This document shows positions 36,127 to 49,050 of a stretch of DNA of 64,000 nt, one piece after another. Below the pieces are notes generated by a model. It was not told the origin of the DNA, searched no databases, and saw nothing but the letters and a program-made list of their open reading frames with translations. The position numbers and the translations under genes are program-made. The DNA is from Cycas panzhihuaensis (Eukaryota > Plantae > Cycadophyta), in the NCBI GenBank assembly GCA_023213395.1, contig CM041465.1:121651741-121715740 (forward strand). The letters run 5' to 3'. Position 1 is the first letter of the stretch. Each line of letters begins with the position of its first letter.

Positions 36127-39100
36127 TGTTAAACCTTGTGTTTTACCTTATGTTTACATGTTAAGCTTATGTACTTTATGTTTATGTATTATGTGTGCAC
36201 TTTAATGTTTTATGTGCACTTTTGTACTTTAGGGGTGACTTTATCACTTAAGTGATAAAGTACACACCCACTTTATGTCTAGTGACATAACGTTGTCACT
36301 TATGTCACTTGAGGGTCAAATGACCCCCTTGCACTTTTGCTCACACAAGAGCTGCCAACGGACACCTGTCCTACCTGCGAGCAGGCCTAGCATGATTGAC
36401 ACTTGTCAATCATGTAATAGCCCTTGGCCTCTCATTTCCCTCTATTTAATGAGGCCTTTCTTCATTGTTGTTCATTCAAGAGTTGGAGCTCATTGTTACT
36501 CTGTCAGTTTGCTAATCAAGCTAAAGCATTCTTTGGTGGTTGGACTAATTCCGATACCCCATTCATGGTATCTTGATCTTGCTCCTCTTTCTCTTTGTGT
36601 TCTTTGTGTTTATGCTTAATGCATTTAATGATATTGTGCTTTGTTAATGATCTTGGACCTATGTGGCCATTAGGCCCATTCTAACAATTGGTATCAGAGC
36701 TGAATGGTTTACTAGAGCTGAAAGGTTTGGTCACTAAGTTTGATTGAGTTTTGGCTTAGTATCCTTTGCAAATACTTTGCATATTAGCTTGTTGTCCCCA
36801 TACTTGTCTGCTATCCTTGGAATCTGCACATCACTGTCCTCAAATCCTCTTGCTAAACTCGCCTGCATCAAGCCTCAAAAGGTCAGGTATATTTGGAACC
36901 TGCATAAATATCAGGGTCTGTCCCTGTACCTGGAGGTCTGTCCCTGCACAAAACTGCACACAGGATTCAGCACTTGAGTCTGCCCACTAAAGGGGCCGCA
37001 GCAAAAGCTTCTGGTACTTTGTCCTCTCACGGACCTGCACGAACTGTCAATGAGGAGTTACGGGAGCCAGCCCTGTTCTATCTGGTAGTCGTCCCTGCAC
37101 GGAGCTTGCATGGGAGGTACTGTGCACAGAAGCTCCGTCAACAAGAGCCGCACGAAGGGGAGTCCGTCCATGGGAGGTCACACGAACCTGCACCCGTATC
37201 TGCCCACACGGGCGCCTGTCCACGGGGGACGCAACTCTGCGCACGGAGCGCACGTCAAGACCTGCACACGGGGGCTGAACAGAAGAAGCTTCTGGAAGCT
37301 TCCGGAAGACTGCACGCTCACGGACTGCGTACAGAGGAAGTCCACGTCTCACAAGGGACGAAAGGGCCTGCACGCGATTCGATCCAGTGCACGGAACATT
37401 CCACGGAATATTCACAGAAGGTTCCATTGTCACGGGAGCCGCAAAATCAAAACACGGACAGCGAAATTCGACTTTGGCATATGTTGCATATTCACTTTAC
37501 TATATTCTAAAGTATATGCCTAATTTGATAAAGTCTTTTATAAAGTCTCTTTTATTAAGAGAAATTTTTTATTATTAATCGAGGTTAAGAGGCTTTTATT
37601 ACTTTAAGAGGAATTTTTAATCAAGGGGGGGTTTAATGCTCTAAGAGGCTTTAAGCCATTCAGCTATTTGAAGACTGTTTTAAGCAAACATTCGCAGCAT
37701 AAGTGCTTTAAGAGATTTTTTTTTTGAGATTTAATCTCTTTTTTTAAAGCATTTTTTGTGGCTCACAAAAGTACTTTTTTGGTACTTAAGAGGATTAAAT
37801 TTTCTTTGATGGAAAGAGGACTCATCAAATGACTCATGCTAAGTCATTCTCCTCTCATTAAGGATTGAAGTTGCATGATTTAAATGCTTGAAAAGACTCC
37901 CTGCGTGGTGTTCTAGTGAGGCAAAGTTACAAGAAAGGTTGATTTCAGCCTTCATTTTATGCTTTTTTAAGCTCTTTTAGCATTTTGTTTAATGCTATTA
38001 AAGTAGTTAGAGCTTAATTGAAGTGGTCAATAAGCATCTTCGTATTGTAAAGGTGATAAACATCACCATTTGAGTTGATTTTTTGGCACCTTGTATGGTG
38101 ACCCATAGCCTTCAAAATCTCAAAAAGGAGGCTGAATTTTGTACTTAATAAAAATCACACTTTCTGTTGGATTGTTGAGACTATTTTAAAGTCTCAACAA
38201 CTTGCTGCTTGGAGTTCGTTTGGTGTTTGGAGTACATTGAGTACACTTTGGCAAGTGGTTCTTTCTCTACATCGGTTTTGGAGCGTTAAAAAGAACCCAC
38301 TTCTGCAATCATCATCAAGGTTTTGCATCAATTTTTTCACTAAGTACTAAAATCTCAAAAGTACTTACATTATTGTACTCAAGCATTTTACTTGGACTTT
38401 CAAAAGCACTTAAAACTCAATCAAAGTGCTCATTATTGGCATGTACTTGCTTCTTAAGAAGCCTATCATTGTAAGCTAAATCATAGCATCTACATTAAGT
38501 ACATAATCCAAGTAAAAGTACCTTAAAATTCACTTTAAAATTTTCTAAAAAGTGAATTTTAAAATCTGGCTGGAGAGGCTCGAAAAAGGTTTAAACCTTG
38601 CCTCTGCTACACTTAACTTTGGATCAACTCAATAGCCGAAGTCCTCCACCCCTCATCACTCCACCCAGTTGTTGGATCTTCTTGTAAAATCAGAATTGGT
38701 GGTGTTGTCAGAAGGTGGAACTTAAGCGACAAAGCTTTGAAGTTACCAAGTTATTTGTTAGCTTTTATACAAGTGAAAGATGACTGCAATTAACATGCTC
38801 AATGCATGCACAATAAGGTTAACATGACAAGCAAATTATCAAGAATGGAAAAGAATCACACAAAATCTCTTGATAATGAATGAATTTTGGGGATATGTTT
38901 CTGGGAGAATCCCCAATCCTGCACTTGTTGATGATGATGAAGTTGATATTGATTATGAGCGTGTTGCTACTTGGGAAGCCAAAGACGAGATTGCTTTGGC
39001 ATTTCTTCATATGATTGTGGATGTGCATGTAGATCAAAACATCTCTTCTGCTAAATCTTCTAAAGAAGCTTGGGACACTTTGTCCTCACTGTATGAAAGG

Positions 39101-42100
39101 CGAGATGAAGCTCGCATTTTGATGGTGAAAGCCAAACTGTATTCTATCAAATTTGTCAAGCCTATGTCGGTTTTTCTGTCCTCTATGAAGGAGGTTTGTA
39201 ATGAATTGAATACTTTAGGTAGTCCTGCTACAAGGGATGAACTCATCACATCCATCACCAAAGCATTGCCAAAGGACTACAACGGCTTCATATCATCTAC
39301 CACACGAGATGGTTCACTTAAGAAGATGACATTTAATGAACTTGAAAGCTTATTGCTTCAAGAAGAACAGATTTATGCTAAAAACAATGAAGAACCATCT
39401 ACACCAGGTGCCTTCACGGCCAAGTCAAAGGCCAATCAGATCTCCAAACCTACATTCACAAAGTAGTTTGGAAACATGAACATTGGATCTTCTAAGTCCA
39501 ATGTTGTATGTCATTATTGTGACAAATCTAGCCACATTGCACCTGATTACAGAAAGAAGCAGGCAGATCTACGACGACAACAGTAACAGCAACAACAGCC
39601 ATAAGGACAAAGACAACAGTAGCCAAAGCAACAATATCAACAAAGATTTCAGAAATGACGAGCAGTTAGAATCCCCTCGACCAAATCGAGGTGCCTATCG
39701 AGGAGGTCCAAGAGGAAGGGGGGGTCAAAGAGGTGGCTACCAACGCCACTTTAATCAGTTTGCCGATGAAGACAAATTGTTTTGTGCATATCAGTCATCC
39801 AAGGTTGATCACACTTGGATAGTTGATTCAGGAGCTTCTCAGCATATGACAGGGAGTGAAGAACTCCTATGCAATATTAAGGAAGGTAAAGGTCACTCAG
39901 TGACCTTTGGAAATAATGAATCTGTTGACATTTCAGGCATAGGCACAATAGCTCCTTTCCATTCTACAGAAAATCCTTTCTCAACATTTCCCAATAGTGA
40001 TGCATACTTCATTCCTTCCATGGAGAAGAGTTTGCTATCTGTTAGCCAGTTGGACAAGCAACAGATGAGCGTGTTATTCAAGAATGGGAAATGTATCATT
40101 AGTGACAGATCGTAGCTATTGCCTATGAGGATCAAGGTCTTTACAAGTTGGATGCCAATAACATTACACTTGATTCTGCTTATTCTGGTTCCATGGTCAT
40201 TATATTTTTGTCAAAAATGCAATTATGGCATCAACGTCTAGGTCACTTAAGCCTAGATAATTTGAAGTAGATGATGAACAAAAACATGGTATATGGACTT
40301 CCAAAGATATATGGTTCAAAATGTCTTTGCGAAGCTTGCATAATGGGGACTCAGCATCGTTTGCCATTTCCTAAAGGCAAAGCATGGCGTGCATCTTATC
40401 CATTGCAGTTGATTCACTCAGACTTATGTGGACCCATGTCCACTCAATCATTTGGAGGAGCATTGTACTACATATCCTTCATTGATGACTTTTCTCATAA
40501 AGTCTGGGTCTACTTTATAAAGCAAAAATCAGAAGCTTTCTCTAAGTTCAAAGAGTTCAAAGCTGAAGTAGAAAATGAATCTGGCTACTCAATTGAAACA
40601 TTAAGGACAGATAATGGAGATGAATTCACTTCAAATGAATTCAAACAATACTGCAAGGACAATGGGATTCGAAGACAACTTACACTTCCTCATACTCCTC
40701 AACAAAACGGAGTCTCTGAAAGGATGAATAGAACTTTGGCTAACAAAGCCAAAACTATGATGCATGCGAAAGGACTTCCTCGAGCTTACTGGGTCGAAGC
40801 ATTTCACACAGCAACCTATGTGGCCAATCGGAGTCCTACTACAACAGTCGCCAACATTACACCTGAGGAGGCATGGACTGGTAAGAAACCGACTATTAGC
40901 CATTTGAGGACATTTGGGTGCACTGCATATATGCACATACCTGATTAGCAAAGAACAAAGTTGGATAAACATAGTCTCAAATGCATCTTTGTAGGATATG
41001 CCATTCATAGCAAGGCCTACAAGTTGTATGATCCAGTTGGGAGAAAAATGCATCTCTCAAGAGATGTAATCTTTGTTGAAGATGATCAGAAAGAGTTGGA
41101 TGTGGCATCAATCCAACCCCCCATTGATAAAGACAAAAAGATTGTTGAGGACTTCCTCCCTCTCAATCTTCAACACCATGCACTTCATTTGCACCTCTTG
41201 TACTGTCCACTTCATCATCGTCTGCTCCACTTGAACCTTCCACATCATCTTCTGTTGATCAATCACTTAGACCAGAAGACATTGAGGTTCATGCTACATC
41301 ATTTCAAAAGTTACCTAAATGGTATACTCAAACAGTGCAGGACAGTCATATTATTTAAGGGAAACGTCCATCTAAATATAGGCAACAAACAAATTTTGCA
41401 CTTATGGCTAAAGTGCTTTCTATTGATGAGCCTTCTACTTTTGAAGAGGCTTCAAAAAATGTCAATTGGAAAGCTACCATGGATGAGGAGATCCATTCTA
41501 TTCACAAGAATGGCACATGGGATTTGGTCGAATTGCCTCCACATAAACAGGCAATCAGTTGTAAATGGGTCTATAAGACCAAATTTCATTCTGATGGTAC
41601 ACTTAAGCGTCAGAAGGCACGCCTTGTGGCGAAGGGATTCAAACAAAAGGAAGGCATTGATTATGAGGAAACCTTTGCACCAGTGGCAAACATGAACACC
41701 ATCAGACTCCTTATGGCCTTAGCTGCACAATGCAAATGGGCAGTTTATCAGATGGATGTGAAGAGCACCTTTCTTAATGGCGATCTTCAAGAGGAGGTAT
41801 ACTTGGAGCAACCTCCTAGTTACAAAGAACAAAGCAAGGAGCATCTTGTGTGTCGCCTCAAAAAGGCTTTGTATGGCTTGAAACAAGCTCCTAGGGCATG
41901 GTATGCAAAAGTTGATGAATACTTCTTGAGACATGGGTTTCATCGATCTACATCAGATCCTAATCTGTACATCAAACATGAACAAAACCATGTCATTTAT
42001 ATTGCCTTGTATGTAGATGACTTAGTGATCACTAGTGATGACACTAAGCTCATCAAGATTCTCCAAGATGATTTGAAGAGAAGTTTCGAGATGACTGATC

Positions 42101-43522
42101 TTGGACTTCTCCATTATTTTTTAGGCTTTGAGGTATCGCAGCAGCTAGGCTATATCTTCATCTCCCAAGCAAAATATTCTTGGGACATCTTGCAGAGATT
42201 CAGGATGCATGACTGCAAGACAGTGCCTACACCTATGGAGAACGGAACCAAGCTTACTCTTAATGAGGAAGCTGAACTCGCAGATACCACTCTCTTCTGA
42301 CAGTTGATTAGTAGTCTGATATATCTCACCAACACTTGTCCATACATTTCATTTGCAGTTGGGATTTGCTCTCGATTCATGTCTCAACCCAATCAGAAGC
42401 ATTGGAAAGCAGCAAAACGCATACTCGAGTACATCAAAGGTACATTACAGCTTGGTCTTGAGTATGCACATAATGAGAACTTCACTTTGGAAGGGTTCTC
42501 TGATTCTAATTGGGAAGGATGCCAGGATAGCAGGAAATCAACCTCGGGTTACTGTTTTACCCTTGGTTCAGCAGCTGTTTCATGGAGTTGCAAGAAGCAA
42601 CCAAATGTTACCTTGTCCTCCAGGCAGTACAAAGTTGCGATCGGTAGCGCAGCTTGCGAGGCTATCTGGCTACGACGGATTCTTGGGGAGCTTGGACTTG
42701 AGCAGGAGCAGCCTACCAGTATTCATTGCGACAATCAGAGTGTGCTCAAGCTAACTAAGAATCCAGTCTTTCATGCACGGACCAAGCATATTGAAGTTCA
42801 CCACCATTTCATCAGAGAGCATGTACACAGTGGTGAGATCAATCTTCAATATCGACCAACGAGCAAAGCAGACAAACATCTTTACCAAGCCACTTGGTAG
42901 AGAGAAATTTGTAAAATTTAGAGATGGTCTAGGGGTCCGACTTAACATAGTAAGCGAAGGGGTTATTAAACTTTATGTTTTACCTTATGTTTACATGTTA
43001 AGCTTATGTACTTTATGTTTATGTATTATGTGTGCACTTTAATGTTTTATGTGCACTTTTGTACTTTAGGGATGACTTTATCACTTAAGTGATAAAGTAC
43101 ACACCCACTTTATGTCTAGTGACATAACGTTGTCACTTATGTCACTTGAGGGTCAAATGACCCCCTTGCACTTTTGTTCACACAAGAGCTTCCAATGGAC
43201 ACTTGTCCTACATGCAGCGAGCATTGCATGATTGACACTTGTCAATCATGCAATAGCCCTTGGCCTCTCATTTCCCTCTATTTAATGAGGCCTTTCTTCA
43301 TTGTTGTTCATTCAAGAGTTGGAGCTCATTGTTACTTTATCAGTTTGCTAATCAAGCTGAAGCATTCTTTGGTGGTTGGACTAATTCCAACACCCCATTC
43401 ATGGTATCTTGATCTTGCTCCTCTTTCTCTTTGTGTTCTTTGTGTTTATGCTTAATGCATTTAATGGTATTGTGCTTTGTTAATGATCTTGGACCTATGC
43501 GGCCATTAGGCCCATTCTAACA
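36127..43522 (+). mobile_element. Full-length Ty1/copia LTR retrotransposon
   Basis: LTRs 36127-36686 and 42964-43522; TSD GTCTA; PBS 36689-36700; PPT ~42953-42963. Confidence 0.97.
38780..42948 (+). pseudogene. Copia gag-PR-INT-RT-RNase H polyprotein, several stops and frameshifts
   Basis: WIVDSGASQHM, HSDLCGP, LRTDNG, PQQNGVSER, KARLVAKG, LYVDDL and CDNQS in copia order. Confidence 0.96.
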
Positions 43523-44135
43523 GTCTAATGGTGTACTTGTGTTAGAATATAATATTTAATGTTGTGTGAGTCTTAGGGTCAATAGTCTCAAGTATTAGAG
43601 GGTAAGAGTCATTTGTCATCATAACATTATTAGTTAAGTTAGTAGTGTAATGTCATTAGTTAGAGTAAAGGTAATAGTCTCGCATGCATTAGATCTATAG
43701 TGTGATCTCCCACCTACTTAGTATATAAAAGTGGTTGAGGTGGTATATGAAATACAAGTTATCATGGAGACTCATATAGAGTCCCTAGTATAGTTGGTGT
43801 TCTGATGTAATCTGTTGATGTTAAGTTAATTCATTGTGGTCCTTGTCCATTGATATTGCTGGGTGTTTGTTAATGAATGCTTTCCATATTATTCTTAACA
43901 TGGTATCAGAGCAGGTCGATTGTTAAGGCTTTTGGTATGCAGATAAGGGAGGAAGGTGACTCCATTAGGGCGGCTGATAGATTAAAGATTTAAATTGAAG
44001 AGGTGAAGTTCCAGGTCATCATTAATACAAGGCATGCCAAAGTATCAGGACGACAGAAATCTGAACCGGGTAATACTGTTCCCTAGTGTACTCTCTACCA
44101 CCTCGTATACCTTTGGTTTATCTACTTCATATAGC

Positions 44136-44450
44136 CTAAGTCTTGGTGATGGTCGCAAACTTGTAGCCATTGCATTCATCAATGCTTTCTGAAGTTTGTC
44201 TCTCTCTAAGATCCTTAAAATAAGTATGTCGAAGAGTTTGCCTAGCTGATAGCCTGTCATCAGAGTTGAAGGCAAGCAACTTATTAAGAAGCTCTATATA
44301 TCCTGAAGATACATGTGGAATTAAATTGAAATCTGCCTGTTGTGACCTCCTTTTTATTTTATCCAAAACCTGTTGTGGGGGAATTCCCAAAATCTTGTGG
44401 ATTTTTTGCATCTGATCTAGCTCATTATTACCTGGAAATAATGGGAACAA
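44136..44450 (-). pseudogene. MOK: Captured MOK/LF4-like kinase C-lobe fragment
   Basis: FPLFPGNNELDQMQKIHKILGIPP..KIKRRSQQADFN/LIPHV..LLNKLLAFNSDDRLSARQTLRHTYFKDLRE; appears to have an in-frame deletion of about 11 aa. Confidence 0.78.
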
Positions 44451-44728
44451 GGTGAGGAGTCAGAGAGAGAGAGCTAGAGCCTAAGAAAAAGGAAGTCTGC
44501 TGAGTTGATGCCCTCTCGAAGCTTCATCTACCTTCTATTCTTTTGCACTTTATCAATAATTTCTCGAGGCAGGAGACTCAACAGGTGCAAGTCTATTGAC
44601 GGGAGCAGTGACAGTACACAGCCAGGTGACAAAATACCCGAAAGTCCACTAGAAGGTTGTCCAACGACTCGAAAATAGTTACAAGCAAGGAGATTGGATC
44701 TGGTGCATATGATGGGCCTGTTTCATTT

Positions 44729-44788
44729 GCAATTGACATAAGCATAGTGTCTGTTCTCTATCACATATTCCACCGTGGCAGTGTTAAT
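44729..44788 (-). pseudogene. tufA: Captured 60-bp fragment of plastid-type EF-Tu
   Basis: Hand translation [20 protein letters not shown] versus the EF-Tu consensus [20 protein letters not shown]; not in the ORF track. Confidence 0.85.
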
Positions 44789-46004
44789 GTACTGGACGTA
44801 TTACCATTGATATACTGTAAACGATCTCTGCAATGTTTGCATAACCAAAACCACTTAGTAGTTTTGAACTATCACAGGCTTCGCTGGAATTATCATCTAA
44901 CCTCCTCTCCACGGTAAGATTCTCAATACTCCTCACCTATAGACCAGTAATAGATTGTGTCTATTCAGCCTGTCCATTTCATTTTATTATTGCTGGAAAC
45001 AATTTTAAGCAATCTTAACTGAGATACCTTTGAAGTGAGCTTGAAATTTTCCAAATGCACTTCGCTGGATTCAACAACTGGGGAGACTGATTTAAACAAA
45101 GCATGTACTGCTCCTAAGATGATTCAATTCCCATATCATTGGTAGAATGTAATCCAGTAGATAGAATCAGAGATGACCCAGCTGTAGCCATGAAATAGTG
45201 GTGATAGCAGATGACCTTGTCAGACACAACTGCTTAGAATACATAAAGTGAAGAGTCTTTCTACATGAAGATCGTGCATGAGACAACGTGAGAGGCGTGC
45301 GAGCCAAAAAATTTCTTGAGGAGATCCGAGTTGTATGTACATAATTGATGTTGAAAATCTGTGCATGACCATGGACAAACTCTACAGCTAAGTACAAATC
45401 ATGGTAAAACAGGGTTAACTTGAAGAAGACCTTCAAGTTATTCAAGGATAACCCAAGCTTGAAACTTTTCTATGAACTGACCTTGTGGATGCACATTCTG
45501 AACGTGAGTAGAAGAATGTGAGTTCTGAGCTAAGATGACGATAGTCCAGAACAGTTGGTAACATCGTAGCAGCTGACATTGTTTGAAACTGGGTCATAGT
45601 CCGTGCTCAAACCAGGGATCATTAACACAATCAGAAAGGACTGAACTTGTTACGTAGATTGTTATGACAGATGATCTTTGTGGAGTTGTGAAGAAAGCTG
45701 TTGAATAGAAAGCTATTTGAGGGATGGCTGATGGATCCACAAACAGTGGTAGAGAACCAATAAATGAGCAGGCTGTTGTTAACTGAGTTGTATAGCTACT
45801 GGACAACATCAACTCACTTATTTGGTAAAGTCTTTTGAGAGTTCTAAAAGTCAAGTTTGAGATAGTACCTAGCTAATTTAGATACTTTAGAATTGACACA
45901 GTTGTAGACGTCTATTTTGCTGCTAGACATCTTCCAGTTGAAGGTTATCTTGACAAGTTTTTTTAAGTATATGAATCTAGCCTAATACATTTTTTTCATA
46001 CATC

Positions 46005-47399
46005 ATGAAGTTGAGTGACGTCATAGTTTTTGTGCCTGGAAAAAATGAATGCTGGCTATCGGATCTCCCTTTTCCTTTGTCCAAATATATTGGAACTAAT
46101 TTTCGTTTTTGGAGAATCAAGATGGAGAGCATATTCGTACTAAAGAAACTTTGGAAAACAGTTATGGGTACTGAAATAGCTCACGAAGAAGGGGAGGAAA
46201 CCTTCAAAAAGAAAAACAGAATTGTCATTGACGTAATACTTGCAGCGTTTGATAAGGGTAACCTTCCTTCTTTTTATCACTTCATTGTCCGAGTTACGCA
46301 AAATCGACTCAACCGAGGATACACGGAAACTCTTGAAGTGCATGAAAAAGGACTTGAAGAAGTGCAGCAGAATATCAAAAGGGCAAAGAATCAAAGGAAG
46401 AAGTTGAAGAGGAAAGAAAAAAGGGAAAAGCAGAATGACAAAGTCTTGACTCCATCAAATACCCTAAGTCTTATCAAAGAACCGGCTTTGGAGGTTGAAA
46501 ATTCCAGACATCATTTTTTATCGGCAATAGTCCATGGAAACACAAGTAGCTTAACAAAAGGTATGGACAATATCATCCTGGTTTGTATCAACAAATTTAC
46601 GACTAGGATTCAAATAGTGTCAGGATACACATTGATATGCATGTGGTGGAGACTTTCCATAATATCTCTCAATTCAACCTCTATGTTCATCTTTGAGAGA
46701 ATCCAAATTATGACAGCATATCCTACAAGGTCATTAGAAGGTTCTTTCAAAGAAAGAAGAAACATGGGAAGAATATCATATGAACAAAATCTTGTGCATC
46801 AAGATCACTGCAGGTTTTTGATAGGTTTATTGACCTTGAAGCTCAATCATATCAAAGTAATGTTTCACATTTGTGTAGCAGTAATAGGGAAATACATGCA
46901 TATGATCATAATGAAGGCTCTCATCATTCTTGGCACAACGAATTCCCTGGATAACATAAGAGGAACAAAGTATCTTGTTTTTTAACAAGGGAAATTCAGA
47001 AATGGATCATTATTGCTCATTGCCTTTCAAGGTAGTGATCAATGGATTGAAAAGTCAATCATCTTAGTAAGTTTGGAAATAGACAAGGAGAAGTCAATTT
47101 ACTTCATATTCATTCTAGGACAACCATACCTCTCCCATGAGTACACACGAAGATTCATCAAACAGGAAACAAGATGCAACATAGAAAACAAGACATACAT
47201 GTTTTTTAGTACATTAGATAAAGATAAAGCTCAAGACATCATCATCAAAAAGATTCCAAGACTCAAGGGATGGATGTTCAAGCATCACTTCAAAGACAAG
47301 CCAAGTCAAGTCCTATGTCAGTTTTGTCATGTTTCTATAGTCTCAAACTCAAGTCAAGTCCTATGTCAATGTGTGTCAGTCATGTCAAATTGTCCTTAG
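46005..47399 (+). pseudogene. Collapsed copia gag-pol relic, including a 326-codon open ORF
   Basis: KYIGTNFRFWRIKMESIF..KKLWKTVMG is a copia gag N-terminus; GEVNLLHI (~47087) resembles the RNase H end. Confidence 0.65.
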
Positions 47400-49050
47400 T
47401 TCAAACATTAAACATTAAGGGGAGGTGTTAGAATATAATATTTAATGTTGTGTGAGTCTTAGGGTCAATAGTCTCAAGTATTAGAGGGTAAGAGTCATTT
47501 GTCATCATAACATTATTAGTTAAGTTAGTAGTGTAATGTCATTAGTTAGAGTAAAGGTAATAGTCCCACATGCATTAGATCTATAGTGTGATCTCCCACC
47601 TACTTAGTATATAAAAGTGGTTGAGGTGGTATATGAAATACAAGTTATCATGGAGACTCATATAGAATCCCTGGTATAGTTGGTGTTCTGATGTAATCTG
47701 TTGATGTTAAGTTAATTCATTGTGGTCCTTGTCCATTGATATTGATGGGTGTTTATTGATGAATGCTTTTCATATTATTCTTAACAACTTGCTCACACGT
47801 GGCAGTTCAGGGGCTCTATATACCCAAAGGTGTGTGAGAACTAGAAGGCTCTATCGCCTCCTTTACACTGTGGATCCACCCATGCCGAATTTAGGCCTTA
47901 ATGATTAGGTCCTCATATAAGGGTACACTTAACAACCAAGGCAGTCACCCTCTCTGGGTCTAACTTGGTCTCCAAATTCCAAATTTAATGGTTTACACCT
48001 TAGCCCATCATTCAGTACACTTGATAATGAGTTGTCTCTTGGCTTGCTTGTCTAGGCACATACAACTCACGTGTGCAGGAGTGATTAATTTCAGGGGTCC
48101 TAACCATTCCCCTTGTAGAGCTGGTATGGTCTCAAAATTAATTTGGAAGGCATTTTTTTAATGTTTCAAGTTGAAATATGTTATTTTATTAATTATTTTC
48201 CCTTTATTAATTAAAAAAAAGAAAGAAAATAGCATTAAATAAAACAAAAAATAATGTAATTTTTTTTTGTATTTTTTAACTTGAAAATATATTTTTAATT
48301 TAAAAACAAAAGTAAAGAGTTAGGATTTTAAAAAAAGCTTTAAAAAAGACAAAAAGTATTAAAAACGAGTTAAAAAATGATTAATAATGATAAAATAACT
48401 TAATTTTAGTAAAAAGTGAATATTAAAAAATAAATATTCAAAGAATATTTCAAAGTGTATAATATAAAGTTATAAAACTATAAAAATATCAAAAAATTTA
48501 AAAATTTGATTTGTGCATTTTAACAAGGGCGAGTTTTTGGACCTTTGAGAGATGATTTCTCTCTGCTGAAGCAACAAAATGTATATCTGACCTTGGGTCT
48601 GAGAAGAACATGGCAAAGGGATCATTTCAAGTGGTCATGTCGCAGGGTTTCATCAGTTGCATGCAAAGAACAGTTAAATGGAAGGAAAAAAATGGTGCAC
48701 GACCAACGTGGAGCAAGTATGACTCAAAATGGCATGTTTTGATTAATTGAAGCTATAGACAATAGTGAAATGGGGTCGTGATGATGCTCAGTGAATAATA
48801 GAATTGATCTGGAGAGATTTTGATGGAAAATTGAGCCAAAATGAGTTTTTATCGGGTGCATGGCCAAAGTATGGTAGTCGTGACATCCATACACATAAAA
48901 TGAAGGTTGGAGTGCAGAAAGACCCTGGGTTTAGAGCAAGATAAGCCAACATATGCCTGATACAATTCACCCATAGTTATGTGAGGAGGGTTAGCAAAAA
49001 ATACTGAAGAAATGTAGTGAAAAATCACCAAAAAAGTGAAAAATTAATGT

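Larger units (their letters stand above)
43540..47786 (+). mobile_element. Cargo element 2: non-autonomous copia-derived LTR element with antisense host-gene fragments
   Basis: 361-bp LTRs at 43540-43900 and 47426-47786 (8 mismatches by eye); TSD ACTTG; PBS 43901-43912; PPT AAGGGGAGG at 47417-47425. Confidence 0.96.

Noticed and set aside
36275-36619. Duplicated small ORFs (also 43174-43455, and 54960 with 60130)
   Set aside because: They lie within paired LTRs, so the duplication is explained by LTR identity.
36974-37578. Overlapping 128-178 aa ORFs in several frames
   Set aside because: This is a GC-rich, CACGG-repetitive copia 5' UTR that is poor in stop codons; no protein motifs are recognisable.
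48170-48520. Extremely AT-rich tract (also 30040-30800)
   Set aside because: Low-complexity copia 5' UTR with no structure I can support.
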